64,000 nt of DNA, taken from NCBI GenBank assembly GCA_963822445.1, contig CAWGHO010000001.1, positions 352,001 to 416,000 on the forward strand, in the 5' to 3' direction. Positions 45,577-55,619 of the stretch are shown here, in pieces. The notes under the pieces are model-generated. The model saw nothing but the letters and a program-made list of their open reading frames with translations. It was not told where the DNA came from and searched no databases. Source of the DNA: an uncultured Acidobacteriota bacterium. GTDB lineage: Bacteria; Acidobacteriota; Thermoanaerobaculia; Gp7-AA8. The position numbers and the translations under genes were made by a program. The stretch's first letter is position 1; every line of letters begins with the position of its first letter.

Positions 45577-46478
45577 GCGGGGCGGCGATACCGGAACGAG
45601 CGCTCGCGGAAGAAGCGCAGCAGCTCCCGGTCGTAAGGAACAACGGTCGATACGGGCAGATGATCGATCGCCGCGGAGCGGAACCTTCGCACGAGCTGCT
45701 CGCGGCGGATCGCGGCCCGTTTCGCGACGTCGGCGCGTTTGAGATCGATCAGCCGCGCTTCGCCCGATTCGAGGTCGACCACGCGCATCAGACCGCGGTC
45801 TGGAAAGCGCTCCTCCCGCGGATCGATGACGGGAATGGCCACCACGTCGTGCTTGCGATTGAGCCGATTCAGCGGCCGCTCGAAGCGGCTGTCCAGAAAG
45901 TCGGAGATCACCAGGACAACGGCGCGCTTCACCGCGACGCGCTCCAGAAAGCGCATCGCATTCTCGAGATCCGCCTCGCCGCCGGCCTGCCGCATCGCCG
46001 CGTCGACCGCCGCCCGCACGATGACCTGCGCGTGCGCCCGACCGCGGCGCGGCGGGATGAACGTGCGCACGCCCTCATCGAAGAGCAGCAAACCGGTGCG
46101 ATCGGAATTCTCGACCGCGGCAAAGGCGAAGATGGCGGCCAGCTCCGCGGCGATGTCGCTCTTCCGCCAGTCGACCGATCCGAAGCCCATCGATCCCGAG
46201 ACATCGACGGCGATGAGCACGGTCAGATCGCGCTCTTCGATGAACTCCTTCACATGCGGCACGCCGCTCCGCGCGGTGACGTTCCAGTCGATCGTGCGGA
46301 TGTCGTCGCCGGGCATGTACTCGCGCACCTGCGAGAACTCGATGCCTCGCCCATGAAACGCGGAGTGATAATCGCCCGCGAACCCCGCGCGAATCAGCCG
46401 CGCGCTCATGAACTCGAGATCGCGGACGCGCCGGATCACGGGCGTGCGGAGGTCGGGGGATTTGCGTTTGAACATCAC
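45573..46478 (-). CDS. DUF58 domain protein
   Basis: GRGIEFSQVREYMPGDDIRTIDWNVTAR, DVSGSM, ISDF. Confidence 0.92.
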   Translation of the reverse strand: MMFKRKSPDLRTPVIRRVRDLEFMSARLIRAGFAGDYHSAFHGRGIEFSQVREYMPGDDIRTIDWNVTARSGVPHVKEFIEERDLTVLIAVDVSGSMGFGSVDWRKSDIAAELAAIFAFAAVENSDRTGLLLFDEGVRTFIPPRRGRAHAQVIVRAAVDAAMRQAGGEADLENAMRFLERVAVKRAVVLVISDFLDSRFERPLNRLNRKHDVVAIPVIDPREERFPDRGLMRVVDLESGEARLIDLKRADVAKRAAIRREQLVRRFRSAAIDHLPVSTVVPYDRELLRFFRERSFRYRRPA

Positions 46479-47449
46479 GGGACGGGAACCGCGCCGAGAA
46501 CCTGATCGATCACCCGATCCGCCCCCACCCCCTCCGCCGCCGCCTCGTAACTCAACACCAGCCGGTGCCGCAGCACGTCATGGGCGATGGCCTTCACATC
46601 CTCGGGGACGACATACGGACGGCCTTCGATGAAGGCGTGCGCTTTCGCAACGTGCGCCAGGGCCAGCGTCGCGCGCGGAGACGCACCGTACTGAATGTGA
46701 TTCGCGAGCGAGGGCAAGCGAAAGTCCGCCGGCTTCCGCGTCGCGGTGACGATCTGCACGATGTAGCGGCTGATGCGCTCGTCGGTGTGCACGCGCGAGG
46801 CGAGCTCGGACACTTCCCTGATCTCGCCCAGCGTGAGCACCGGCCTGATGTCGACGCCGGCGGCGGTCGCGTCGAGATACAGCGACAACATCCGCAGCTC
46901 TTCCTCCGCGGCCGGGTAGTCGACCTTCAGCTTCATCACGAACCGGTCGACCTGCGCCTCGGGCAGCGCGTACGTGCCTTCATGCTCGATCGGGTTCTGC
47001 GTGGCGATGACCATGAACGGATCGGGCAGCAGGTACGACTGATCGCCGATCGTGACCTGACGCTCCTGCATCGCCTCGAGCAGCGCGCTCTGCACCTTCG
47101 CCGGTGCGCGGTTGATCTCATCCGCGAGGACGAGGTTGGCGAAGATCGGTCCGAGGCGGGGGTTGAAGGTTCGGTTCTCGGGGTTGAAGATCTGCGTGCC
47201 GGTGATGTCCGCGGGCAGCAGGTCGGGCGTGAACTGAATCCGTTTGAACGTCGCGGCGATCGCCGCGGCGAGCGTTTTCACGAGCAGAGTTTTAGCGAGG
47301 CCGGGCAGCCCCTCGATCAGCACGTGTCCGCGGATGAGGATGGCGATGACGAGGCGGTTCACCACCGCGTCCTGGCCGATGACGGCCTTCGCCACTTCTG
47401 CCCGGAGCCGCGCGATCGTGTCGTGGGCTTTTTCGGTGGCCTGTTCCAT
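46475..47449 (-). CDS. MoxR family AAA+ ATPase
   Basis: GLPGLAKT, RIQFTPDLLPADITG, DEINRAPAKVQSALLE, YGASPR. Confidence 0.96.
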   Translation of the reverse strand: MEQATEKAHDTIARLRAEVAKAVIGQDAVVNRLVIAILIRGHVLIEGLPGLAKTLLVKTLAAAIAATFKRIQFTPDLLPADITGTQIFNPENRTFNPRLGPIFANLVLADEINRAPAKVQSALLEAMQERQVTIGDQSYLLPDPFMVIATQNPIEHEGTYALPEAQVDRFVMKLKVDYPAAEEELRMLSLYLDATAAGVDIRPVLTLGEIREVSELASRVHTDERISRYIVQIVTATRKPADFRLPSLANHIQYGASPRATLALAHVAKAHAFIEGRPYVVPEDVKAIAHDVLRHRLVLSYEAAAEGVGADRVIDQVLGAVPVP

Positions 47450-47472
47450 GGTCGAAGTCTAAACTGCGCGCC
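47450..47472. promoter_or_regulatory. Overlapping back-to-back -10 elements (candidate bidirectional leaderless promoter)
   Basis: TAAACT on + at 47460-47465, 7 nt before GTG; TAGACT on - at 47456-47461, 6 nt before ATG. Confidence 0.55.
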
Positions 47473-48228
47473 GTGCGGCCCAAGAAGAAATGGGGTCAAA
47501 ACTTCCTGCGAAATCGCGGCGCGGTCGAGAAGATCGTCGCGGCGATCGAGCCGCAGCCCGATGAGCTCGTACTGGAGATCGGGCCCGGTGAAGGCGCGCT
47601 CACGGACAAAGTGCTCGCGCTGCCGAACCGGGTCATCGCGCTGGAGATCGATCCCGACCTCGCCGCGCGTTTGCGCGCGAAGTACGGCGATCGCCTCGAA
47701 ATCCGCAATGAAGACGCGGTCGACGCGGAGCTGCCGGCGACGCCCTTTCGCGCTGTGGGCAACCTTCCCTACAACGTCGGCACGCCCATCCTGCGCCGGA
47801 TCATCGCCGAGCCCAATTGCCGCCGCGCCGTGTTCATGCTGCAGAAGGAAGTCGCCGATCGCATCGTGGCCAAGCCGGGCTCGGATCCATACGGCTACCT
47901 GACCCTGTACGTCGCCGCCTACGCATCGGCGAAGACACTGATGACCCTCGATCCGCGTTCGTTTTACCCGCCGCCGAAAGTGCGCAGCGCGGTGGTGGTG
48001 CTCGATCCTCGCGATCCCGGCCTCACGTCGCCGCGCGAAGAACTGCTCGACCTCGTCAGCGCGTCCTTCCGCATGCGCCGCAAGAAGCTGGTCAACAACT
48101 TGACGACGTGGCGGGATCACACTCGGGAGCAGGTGCTCGAGGCTATGGTGAGCGCGGACATCGACGTCGATGCCCGCGCCGAGACGCTTTCGCTCGCTGA
48201 TTTCGACCGGCTGTACTCCCGACTTTGA
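47473..48228 (+). CDS. rsmA: 16S rRNA adenine dimethyltransferase
   Basis: WGQNFL, LEIGPGEG, GNLPYN, MLQKEVA, FYPPPKVRS. Confidence 0.96.
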   Translation: MRPKKKWGQNFLRNRGAVEKIVAAIEPQPDELVLEIGPGEGALTDKVLALPNRVIALEIDPDLAARLRAKYGDRLEIRNEDAVDAELPATPFRAVGNLPYNVGTPILRRIIAEPNCRRAVFMLQKEVADRIVAKPGSDPYGYLTLYVAAYASAKTLMTLDPRSFYPPPKVRSAVVVLDPRDPGLTSPREELLDLVSASFRMRRKKLVNNLTTWRDHTREQVLEAMVSADIDVDARAETLSLADFDRLYSRL

Positions 48229-50804
48229 GGTACATTTCTTTCCCTTACCTGGAGGACCTCTCGTTGACCCGGACCCTGCTCGCCTCTCTTCTCCTTCTCG
48301 TTCTCGCCACCCCGGTTCTCGCCCAGCAATGTGACCTGCAGATCACCGCCACCTGTACACCGGGCGGCCACTGCACCAGCACCACGACCAACACCGGCCG
48401 CAACGCGTGCAGCGGCGTGTATTACATCGGCTGGATCGGCACCGATCCGACGGCGGCCGGCTCGCTGTCGGGCATCCAGAATTCGCTCGGCATCGACGAA
48501 TGCTTCGACACGAGCGACTTTCCGCCCGGCACGTTCCCGCAGGCGTTCGCCGTCTGCTTCGGCGAGGCGTCCCTCGCCGCCGGCGCCAGCTTCACCACGT
48601 CGGCGCGCATCACCGGCGCGAACGCGAACGTACCGCTGGTGGCCGTCACTCAGGTCATCGACCTGGAGGCCGGCGAAGCGCTTGCCGTGGTCCATGCGTT
48701 TGCGAACGCGGACGTGCCGTCGTGCAAACCGCGAATCAACGCGCCGGCCATCGCCCAGACCGGCGCCGACTACACGGTGTCCTGGTCGACCGTCGCCGAT
48801 CCGTCGGCGAGCTTCTTCGTCGAGGAATCGACGACGCCGGACTTCAGCGCCAATGTCGTGACCACCACAGTAAATGGCACTTCCAAGACCTTCCGCCACG
48901 ACGTCAGCACGGCGACGACCTACTACTACCGCGTGCGGCCGACGCAATGCGCCGGAGGTACCGCGGAGCATTCCGAGGTTGCTTCGACTGTCGTGCAGCC
49001 CCCGCCGCCGGTCGTTCGCGAGTCGGGTGAAGCCGCGGTGCCGCTTGGCAGCACGACACCGGTGCAGTTCCCGGTCTTCATCCCCGGTTTTGCGGGGAAC
49101 TCCACGCTCGCGACGACGACGTTCACAGCCTCCACCGACAAGTCCTTCCTGGCCGTGACCCCGAGCTCGGGAACGCTGCCGCCGGAAGGAACGACGGTCA
49201 CCGTCACCGCGAATCCAACCGGCCTGCAGGCGGGCGCGAATACCGGCTCGCTGAAGGTCACTGCCAACAACACCACCACCAGCATTCCCATCTCGATCAG
49301 CCTCGTGACACCGGTGCAGCCGGGAACGAAGAGCGTTCCCCCGTCGAATGCGCTGGTCATCCCCGTCGTCACGCACGTGCAGGGAGCGACCGGACCATTC
49401 CTCTCCGACGTCCGCCTCACCAACGCCTCGGCGAGCCTGCTGAAGTATCAGATCTCGATGACACCGACCGAGACCGATGCGACAAAGTTCAGCAAGGTCA
49501 CGACCGTCGACGTCGAGCCGCAGCAGACCATCGCCCTGAACGACATCGTGAAGAACTTCTTCGGCTTCGGCGCGACGACCGCGCCGGGCGATTTCGGGTT
49601 CGGCTCGCTGGAGATCCGGCCGCTGAACAGCTCCACGACGCAGACCTTCGCGTCGAGCCGCACCTACGCCAGCACGTCCACCGGCACCTTCGGCCAGTTC
49701 ATCGCCGCGGTGCCGTTCGGGCAGTTCATCACCCGGCGCTCCTCGGGCCTTCCGATTCCCGGCGAGCCCACCAGCAGCGCCGTCGTGTCGCTCCAGCAGA
49801 TCGCCCAGTCAGCGAAGTTCCGCACGAACCTCGGGCTGGTCGAAGGAGCCGGCGAAGCAGCCAGCGGCCGCATCCGCGTGTTCAACGACGCCGGAACGCT
49901 GCTGAAGGAACTGCCGTACAGCCTCCAGCCCGGCGAGCACAAACAGATGAACCGCTATCTGGAGGTGGAAGCGGGCATCACCAATCTCGAGGACGGCCGC
50001 ATCGAGGTCACCGTCGACTCGACCACGGGCGCGGTCACCGCCTACGCGTCCGTTCTCGACAACGTGACCACCGATCCCCTGGCCGTGATGCCGGTGGAAG
50101 TGTCGAAGGTCAGCGCCTCGCGTTACGTACTGCCGGGCATCGCCGAGCTTCCGGGCGAGAACAACTTCCACTCCGACATCCGCGTGTTCAACGGCGGCGC
50201 ATCGGACGTGGTGGCGAACTTCACCTACTACACCACCGGCATCGCGCCGATCAGCGCCGCACCGCGAACGATCAGGAAGGGCGAGGTCCTCGCGATCGAC
50301 AACGTGCTGCCCACGATGTTCAACCACAGCGGTACCGGCGGCTCGATCGTCATCACCACGAGCGGCAATTCGTCGCTCGTGGCCACGGCGCGCACGTACA
50401 CGAACGTCACCGGTGGCGGGACGTACGGGCAGTTCATCCCGGGCGTGACCCCGGACGAAGGGATCGGTCTGGGCGACGCTCCCCTCCAGGTCCTGCAACT
50501 CGAGCAATCAGACCGTTTCCGCTCCAACCTGGGCCTCGCCGAGTTGAGCGGCAATCCGGTCAGCCTGCGTCTCTCGGTGCATTTCCCCGACACGAAGATC
50601 ACGGCGTCGGTGCCGATCGATCTGGCGGCGAATGAGTTCGTCCAGCACGGCCGGATCATCGAGAACTTTTTCACCAACCCCGGCGATCAGACTTACAACG
50701 CGCGCATCACCGTGGAGGTGACCGGCGGCAGTGGACGCGTCACTGCTTACGGTTCGGTGATCGACAACAAGAGCAAAGACCCGACGTACGTTCCCGCGCA
50801 GTGA
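48225..50804 (+). CDS. Large secreted beta-rich protein: Cys-rich N-terminus, Fn3/BACON-like modules, duplicated C-terminal domain
   Basis: Signal peptide (VLA-Q), YYYRVRP, LAVTPSSGTL, two copies of RTY..GTxGQFI / FRxNLGL / AYxSVxDNxxxDP. Confidence 0.75.
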   Translation: MRYISFPYLEDLSLTRTLLASLLLLVLATPVLAQQCDLQITATCTPGGHCTSTTTNTGRNACSGVYYIGWIGTDPTAAGSLSGIQNSLGIDECFDTSDFPPGTFPQAFAVCFGEASLAAGASFTTSARITGANANVPLVAVTQVIDLEAGEALAVVHAFANADVPSCKPRINAPAIAQTGADYTVSWSTVADPSASFFVEESTTPDFSANVVTTTVNGTSKTFRHDVSTATTYYYRVRPTQCAGGTAEHSEVASTVVQPPPPVVRESGEAAVPLGSTTPVQFPVFIPGFAGNSTLATTTFTASTDKSFLAVTPSSGTLPPEGTTVTVTANPTGLQAGANTGSLKVTANNTTTSIPISISLVTPVQPGTKSVPPSNALVIPVVTHVQGATGPFLSDVRLTNASASLLKYQISMTPTETDATKFSKVTTVDVEPQQTIALNDIVKNFFGFGATTAPGDFGFGSLEIRPLNSSTTQTFASSRTYASTSTGTFGQFIAAVPFGQFITRRSSGLPIPGEPTSSAVVSLQQIAQSAKFRTNLGLVEGAGEAASGRIRVFNDAGTLLKELPYSLQPGEHKQMNRYLEVEAGITNLEDGRIEVTVDSTTGAVTAYASVLDNVTTDPLAVMPVEVSKVSASRYVLPGIAELPGENNFHSDIRVFNGGASDVVANFTYYTTGIAPISAAPRTIRKGEVLAIDNVLPTMFNHSGTGGSIVITTSGNSSLVATARTYTNVTGGGTYGQFIPGVTPDEGIGLGDAPLQVLQLEQSDRFRSNLGLAELSGNPVSLRLSVHFPDTKITASVPIDLAANEFVQHGRIIENFFTNPGDQTYNARITVEVTGGSGRVTAYGSVIDNKSKDPTYVPAQ

Positions 50805-50812
50805 TGGATGAG

Positions 50813-50841
50813 GGAAAGCGGCGGCACTGCCGCCGCTTTCC
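50813..50841. terminator. Perfect GC-rich hairpin (terminator or REP) at the left edge of the cluster
   Basis: ggaaagcggcggc-act-gccgccgctttcc. Confidence 0.6.
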
Positions 50842-50868
50842 GTTCCTTGGAGCAGTAGTATCTAGGGC

Positions 50869-51744
50869 ATGCTCGACGCGTCCGCCACCGTCGACCGCAC
50901 GCGGCCGTTCATCTGCGACACGCTCACGCCGCTGTACTACACGGCGTCCTGGGCTGAGCTCGAAGCGCAGGAGCGTCTGACCTACAACCAGCTCAACGGG
51001 ATGTACTGGAACGAGCTGATCGCCGCGTTCGAGAGGGAGATGGCGATCGCCGTGCTGAACGCGGCGGGTAAGCGCGGCGACCTGCCCGCGGCAATCCACG
51101 AGCGGCTCCGCGGTTTCGCGAATGACGAGATCGAACACGCGCGGGCGTTCGCGCGACTCAATCAGCTGAGCGACCCGCGCCGTTACGCGAACGGGGACCG
51201 CTCACTGCTGCGCCTTCCCCCGGGTGCCGGATTGCTCGTGCCGCTGCTCGCGGCGTCGTCTGCCGTCAGCGCGCTGGTGTGGCTGATGTTGCTGATCGAG
51301 GAACGCTCGATCGCCGTCACCGAGATCGCGGCACGCAATCCGGACCTCGATCCCGCGTATGCGACTGTGTATGCCGCGCACGCGGAAGACGAGCGGCGGC
51401 ACGTGGCCGTCGACGTGGAGCTGCTGGCGCTACTGCACGAGCGTCGCGGAGCAACCGTCCGCTCGCTGACCGCGACCGTCTTTCGCTCGCTCGTGCAAAG
51501 GTTCCTGGTCGGCCCGGGTCCCGCCGCGATGCGCATCCTCGATGCGCTGATCGCCAGCCATCCCCGCCTCGCACCACTGCGTCCTCGATTGCGCCGCGAG
51601 TTACGCGCGCTGACCAGCGACCGCGGCTATCACCGGATGATGTACTCGCGCGAGAAGGTGCCGATCACCTTCGGCCTCTTCGATCGCCTTCCCGAGATGC
51701 GCCGCATGCAATCGGTCCTCCTCGGCTACGAGGCCACGGCATGA
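50869..51744 (+). CDS. Ferritin-like diiron oxygenase (AurF-like)
   Basis: TPLYYT N-terminus; spaced ligands FE, DEIEH, IEER, EDERRH. Confidence 0.72.
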   Translation: MLDASATVDRTRPFICDTLTPLYYTASWAELEAQERLTYNQLNGMYWNELIAAFEREMAIAVLNAAGKRGDLPAAIHERLRGFANDEIEHARAFARLNQLSDPRRYANGDRSLLRLPPGAGLLVPLLAASSAVSALVWLMLLIEERSIAVTEIAARNPDLDPAYATVYAAHAEDERRHVAVDVELLALLHERRGATVRSLTATVFRSLVQRFLVGPGPAAMRILDALIASHPRLAPLRPRLRRELRALTSDRGYHRMMYSREKVPITFGLFDRLPEMRRMQSVLLGYEATA

Positions 51745-52655
51745 CCCGCCATCGAATCCCAGGTGTCGCCAACGCGCTCATCGCCGTCGTCCAAGTGGCC
51801 GTGGTCGCCGCTCTTCTGCAAGCATCCTCGGGCGCGCGCGGCTGGCGGCTGGCGCTTTTCGCCGCGGGCTTCGCCCTCGTGATGAACTCGGTCTACTCGA
51901 TCATTCACGAGGCCGAGCACGGCATTCTCTTTTCGCGGCGATCGCTCAATGACGCCGCCGGCGTGAGCATGGCGTTGCTCTTTCCCGCGCCGTTTCACCT
52001 GATCCGGCAGGGACACATCGGTCACCACCAGCGCAATCGCTCGGACGACGAGGCCTTCGATTTCTATTTCGAGGGGGAACATCCGCTGTGGAAGCGGATG
52101 CAGTTCTACGGAATCCTCACCGGCTTCTACTGGCTGGTGGTGGTGATCTCGAACCTAGCCGTTCTGCTCGTGCCGCGGCTGTTCGACCGGACCCGTTTCG
52201 AGTTCGATCGCCCGTCCGCGGCGTTCATGGACGCGCTCAATCCCGCGTATTGGCGATGGATTCGCGTCGAGGCAGTCGCGGCGATCGCGATCCACGCCGG
52301 CGCGATCTGGTTTCTCGGCGACCCTCTCGCATATGCGGTGTTGTACGCAGCTTGGGGCGTGTCGTGGTCGGCGATGCAGTACGTGCATCACTTCGGCACC
52401 GAGCGCGACGTCCTCGACGGTGCCCGCAATCTCCGCCTCCTCGGCCCCATCGACGCGCTCTGGCTCAATCACAACTGGCATCTCACCCATCACCGCCATC
52501 CCACCGTTCCCTGGCCTCACTTGCCGAAGGTTGCCGCTGAGGAACAGCAGGGGGAGCGGGGATTCCTGCCGGTGGCGTACTTCAGAATGTGGCGCGGCCC
52601 CCGATTCACCGACGTGCGAGTGAGGAACCGCTATGCAGGACGCATCGTCAATTGA
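51741..52655 (+). CDS. Membrane fatty-acid desaturase family protein
   Basis: His boxes HEAEH, HIGHH, HNWHLTHH plus QYVHH; TM helices; ATGA coupling. Confidence 0.88.
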   Translation: MTRHRIPGVANALIAVVQVAVVAALLQASSGARGWRLALFAAGFALVMNSVYSIIHEAEHGILFSRRSLNDAAGVSMALLFPAPFHLIRQGHIGHHQRNRSDDEAFDFYFEGEHPLWKRMQFYGILTGFYWLVVVISNLAVLLVPRLFDRTRFEFDRPSAAFMDALNPAYWRWIRVEAVAAIAIHAGAIWFLGDPLAYAVLYAAWGVSWSAMQYVHHFGTERDVLDGARNLRLLGPIDALWLNHNWHLTHHRHPTVPWPHLPKVAAEEQQGERGFLPVAYFRMWRGPRFTDVRVRNRYAGRIVN

Positions 52656-53328
52656 GCCGGTTCCGGTGATCGCGCTGCCGGTGTCGCGCCGGCTGGCGAT
52701 GCTGGTGATGGGCTATGTCTCACTGCTGCATCTCCTCGGATGCGTTGCGCTCCTTTTCGTGCCGCAGACGCCGGCCGTGCGCATCGGAGCATTCCTCGCC
52801 GCGCTCTACCTGCTTCCGCCGCTGGTCGCGCGGATCACGCTCGCGGTCGCGCCGCTCGAGCCGCGCGTGCACGGCATTCACGAGCGCGGATTTCTGGTCT
52901 GGTGGTGGACGCAGCAGTGGCAGACGCTCTTCAACCGCATTCCGCAACTCGAGGAGCTGCTGCGGCTCGTTCCCTCGCTCTACAGCGCCTGGCTGCGGCT
53001 CTGGGGATCGCGCGTGGGAAAGCTCGTGTACTGGGGGCCCGGCGTCACGATCCTCGACCGCCCGCTGATGATCATCGGCGACCAGGCCATGTTCGGCGCG
53101 GGCGTGCGCATGATCGCCCACATCGTCAATCGCACGGCCGACGGCCGCGTCGACGTGACCATTGCACCGGTGACCATCGGCTCGACCGCGATCGTCGGCG
53201 CGTACTCGCTCCTCGGACCGGGCGTGATCATCGGCGAGGGCGAGTCGACGCCCGCGGCGCTCCCGATGTCGCCGCATTCGGAGTGGCGCGGCGGACGGCG
53301 CATCGCCCGGAGACGCAATGCGCTCTGA
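52633..53328 (+). CDS. Membrane-anchored left-handed beta-helix acyltransferase-like protein
   Basis: Two N-terminal TMs, WLRLWGSRVG, hexapeptide repeats VTIGSTAIVGAYSLLGPGVIIG. Confidence 0.75.
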   Translation: MQDASSIEPVPVIALPVSRRLAMLVMGYVSLLHLLGCVALLFVPQTPAVRIGAFLAALYLLPPLVARITLAVAPLEPRVHGIHERGFLVWWWTQQWQTLFNRIPQLEELLRLVPSLYSAWLRLWGSRVGKLVYWGPGVTILDRPLMIIGDQAMFGAGVRMIAHIVNRTADGRVDVTIAPVTIGSTAIVGAYSLLGPGVIIGEGESTPAALPMSPHSEWRGGRRIARRRNAL

Positions 53329-53953
53329 GCTCGCGGCGCGGCTGCGCAGCGAGTGGCGGTACAAGCTTCTGCTCTCGATCGCGTTGCCGCTGTATTTCTG
53401 CGCGCTGTACTTCGCGCTGCAGCGGGTCGTGATCTTCACGCCGCGCGTGCTGTCGCTGACGGCGCTCGATCGCGCGGTGCCGTTCGACATCCGCTGGACG
53501 GCGGTTTATCAGTCGCTCTACCTCTTTCTGCCGATGCCCTGGCTCGCGGCGCGGCGCGAAGAGCTCCATCGCTACACGCGAGGCTTCTTCGCCTTCACCC
53601 TGATCAGCTTCGCCGCTTTCTACCTGGTGCCTGTCGCCGGCCCACGTCCGGTGAGCAGCGACAGCAACGTGCTCTATCAGTTGCTGATCACCTACGACCG
53701 CAATCTCAACGCCTTCCCCTCCCTCCACGCCGCGCTGGCCGTCTACACCCTCTTCCTCGGTGCACGGCTGCTGTCCCGTGCGCGAACGATGATCCTCGCC
53801 GCGGGCGGCGTCTGGTGCATGCTGATCCTCTATGCGACGCTCGCCACCAAACAGCACTACGCCGTTGACGTCGCGGCCGGAATCGCGCTCGCCGTCGCCG
53901 CCGACGCATTCGCCTGGGGATACACTCCGCTCACACAAGCAGAGGAGGTTTGA
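53318..53953 (+). CDS. PAP2 superfamily membrane protein (Aur1/Ipt1-like)
   Basis: NAFPSLH and TLATKQHYAVD catalytic motifs; about 6 TMs. Confidence 0.82.
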   Translation: MRSELAARLRSEWRYKLLLSIALPLYFCALYFALQRVVIFTPRVLSLTALDRAVPFDIRWTAVYQSLYLFLPMPWLAARREELHRYTRGFFAFTLISFAAFYLVPVAGPRPVSSDSNVLYQLLITYDRNLNAFPSLHAALAVYTLFLGARLLSRARTMILAAGGVWCMLILYATLATKQHYAVDVAAGIALAVAADAFAWGYTPLTQAEEV

Positions 53954-53954
53954 G

Positions 53955-54581
53955 ATGAGACAGATCCACGGATCCCGGATCGCGCTCGTTCTCCTGGTTC
54001 TTTTCGCGTTCCCGCTGATGGCCAGTGAAGAGGCGGATCACGAGGCGCTGCGGCAACTGCGCGCTCTGTACGAGAAGGCCGTCAACGAGGACCAGCTCGA
54101 CCTCCTCCGCCCGCACGTGGCCACGCCGCTGTATGGCGTGATGATCACCAGCAAGCGCGTATCGAGCGTCGACGACATGAAGCAGTACTGGGCGGCGATG
54201 AAGAAGCTGATGGGTCCGGGCAGTACGTATCAGGTCAAGGTCGAGCCCGAGCGGAGCGTGTTCATGGGCGACTTCGCGCTTGCCCGCGGCACGACCTCCG
54301 ATGTCGTCACCACCGGCAACGGCAAGACCTATCGCTTCGGCACGAACTGGACCGCCGTCCTCCGCCGTGACAACGGCGTCTGGAAGCTCGTGCAGGTGCA
54401 GGGCTCGATGGATCCGGTGAACAACGAGTTCGTGCGCACGTTCATGCGCGACGCAATCGTGAAATCGGCCGCCGCGGCGGGCATCGTCGGCCTGCTCATC
54501 GGTGTCTTCGCCGGATACCTCTTCGCAAGAAGGGGAGCGGGCGTCCCGCCCGCGTCGGTCGGGCGTCCCGCCCGATCGTAG
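53955..54581 (+). CDS. NTF2/SnoaL-like protein with signal peptide and C-terminal TM anchor
   Basis: GGAGG RBS; LRALYEKAVN...GDFALARG...WTAVLRRDNGVWKL; hydrophobic C-terminus. Confidence 0.75.
   Translation: MRQIHGSRIALVLLVLFAFPLMASEEADHEALRQLRALYEKAVNEDQLDLLRPHVATPLYGVMITSKRVSSVDDMKQYWAAMKKLMGPGSTYQVKVEPERSVFMGDFALARGTTSDVVTTGNGKTYRFGTNWTAVLRRDNGVWKLVQVQGSMDPVNNEFVRTFMRDAIVKSAAAAGIVGLLIGVFAGYLFARRGAGVPPASVGRPARS
54533..54577. repeat. Tandem REP-like hairpins (GGGCGTCCCGCCC x2)
   Basis: gcgggcgtcccgcccgc gtcgg tcgggcgtcccgcccga at a convergent gene junction. Confidence 0.75.
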
Positions 54582-54593
54582 AAGCGCACAACC

Positions 54594-55619
54594 TCAGAAC
54601 CGCAGCGTAACCACCGACGTCGACTCCTCCGTGGCCCGCGACGCCACGGCATCGCGCCACAGGCGAAGAATGCGGGGGCCGAGGAGGTCCGTTTCGGCGA
54701 AGGTGTAGCGGGGGGCGTCGAACCTTCGCAGATTCGCGGAATGCTCGGCGAGGATCTCCACGTCCTGGCGCAGGATGCGGCGCGACAGCGGCTCGAAGTA
54801 GAGCCTCACCAACGGCGCGATGGAGCCGTAGCGAAACGTGACCACCGTGTACACATCGGTCTCGTGCGCGGAGACCGGCGTGCACTGCGAGGTGATGATG
54901 AAGTGCCGCTCGCTGCTGAACGAATAATCGACGCGGCTGGTGGTGGGCATCACGAAGCGATCCGTGTGGGTGAGCTTTCCCGCCCTGGGAAAAAGCAGGC
55001 GCGCGACGACACTTCGCCGTTCCGGCTCTTCATCAAACTCCGCGACCGCGCCGTCGCGCTCCGTTCTCACCGTTGCCGTGGCCACGCGTGTCGCGCGCGT
55101 GCGGAAGAGTCCTCCGTGAACGTAGACCGTGTGCGGGACGTCGAGAAAATTCTCGAGACAGGCAAACGCGCTGGCCTCGAAGCGCGTGGTCATGCGGAAC
55201 GTCGTCCATCGGGGTTCATCGACGTTGGGAAAAACGAAAGGCTGCACCGCCGGCTCCCCTTCGCCCATGTAAATCCAGATGAAGCCTTGTTGTTCGCGAG
55301 CAGGAAACGACGGCACTTTCGCCTGAGGTAGGTCCTCACGCACGAGCGAAGGTGCCGCGGTGCACGTGCCGCGGCCGTCGAAGGTCCAGCCGTGGTACGG
55401 GCACTCGATGCCGTTCGCGGTCGTGCGGCCGGCGGAGAGGCGCATGTTGCGGTGCGCACAGCGATCGAGCAGCGCGGACGCAACGCCGTTTCCGTCGCGG
55501 AACAACACGATGGGCTGGCCGAGGATCGTGCGGCGGATGGGTTTGTGGCGAAGGGTTTGCGCGGTTGCCGCGATGTACCAATACCGAGTCAGACTGAGTG
55601 CCAGCTCCGATTCGGTCAT
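54594..55619 (-). CDS. Rieske non-heme iron oxygenase (VanA-like)
   Basis: CAH...CPYHGW Rieske motif; ENFLDVPHTVYVH mononuclear iron motif; QD near the C-terminus. Confidence 0.92.
   Translation of the reverse strand: MTESELALSLTRYWYIAATAQTLRHKPIRRTILGQPIVLFRDGNGVASALLDRCAHRNMRLSAGRTTANGIECPYHGWTFDGRGTCTAAPSLVREDLPQAKVPSFPAREQQGFIWIYMGEGEPAVQPFVFPNVDEPRWTTFRMTTRFEASAFACLENFLDVPHTVYVHGGLFRTRATRVATATVRTERDGAVAEFDEEPERRSVVARLLFPRAGKLTHTDRFVMPTTSRVDYSFSSERHFIITSQCTPVSAHETDVYTVVTFRYGSIAPLVRLYFEPLSRRILRQDVEILAEHSANLRRFDAPRYTFAETDLLGPRILRLWRDAVASRATEESTSVVTLRF

Noticed and set aside
40709-47449. MoxR-DUF58-VWA-TPR-BatD operon as a novel system
   Set aside because: Well-known, widespread Bat/MoxR arrangement.
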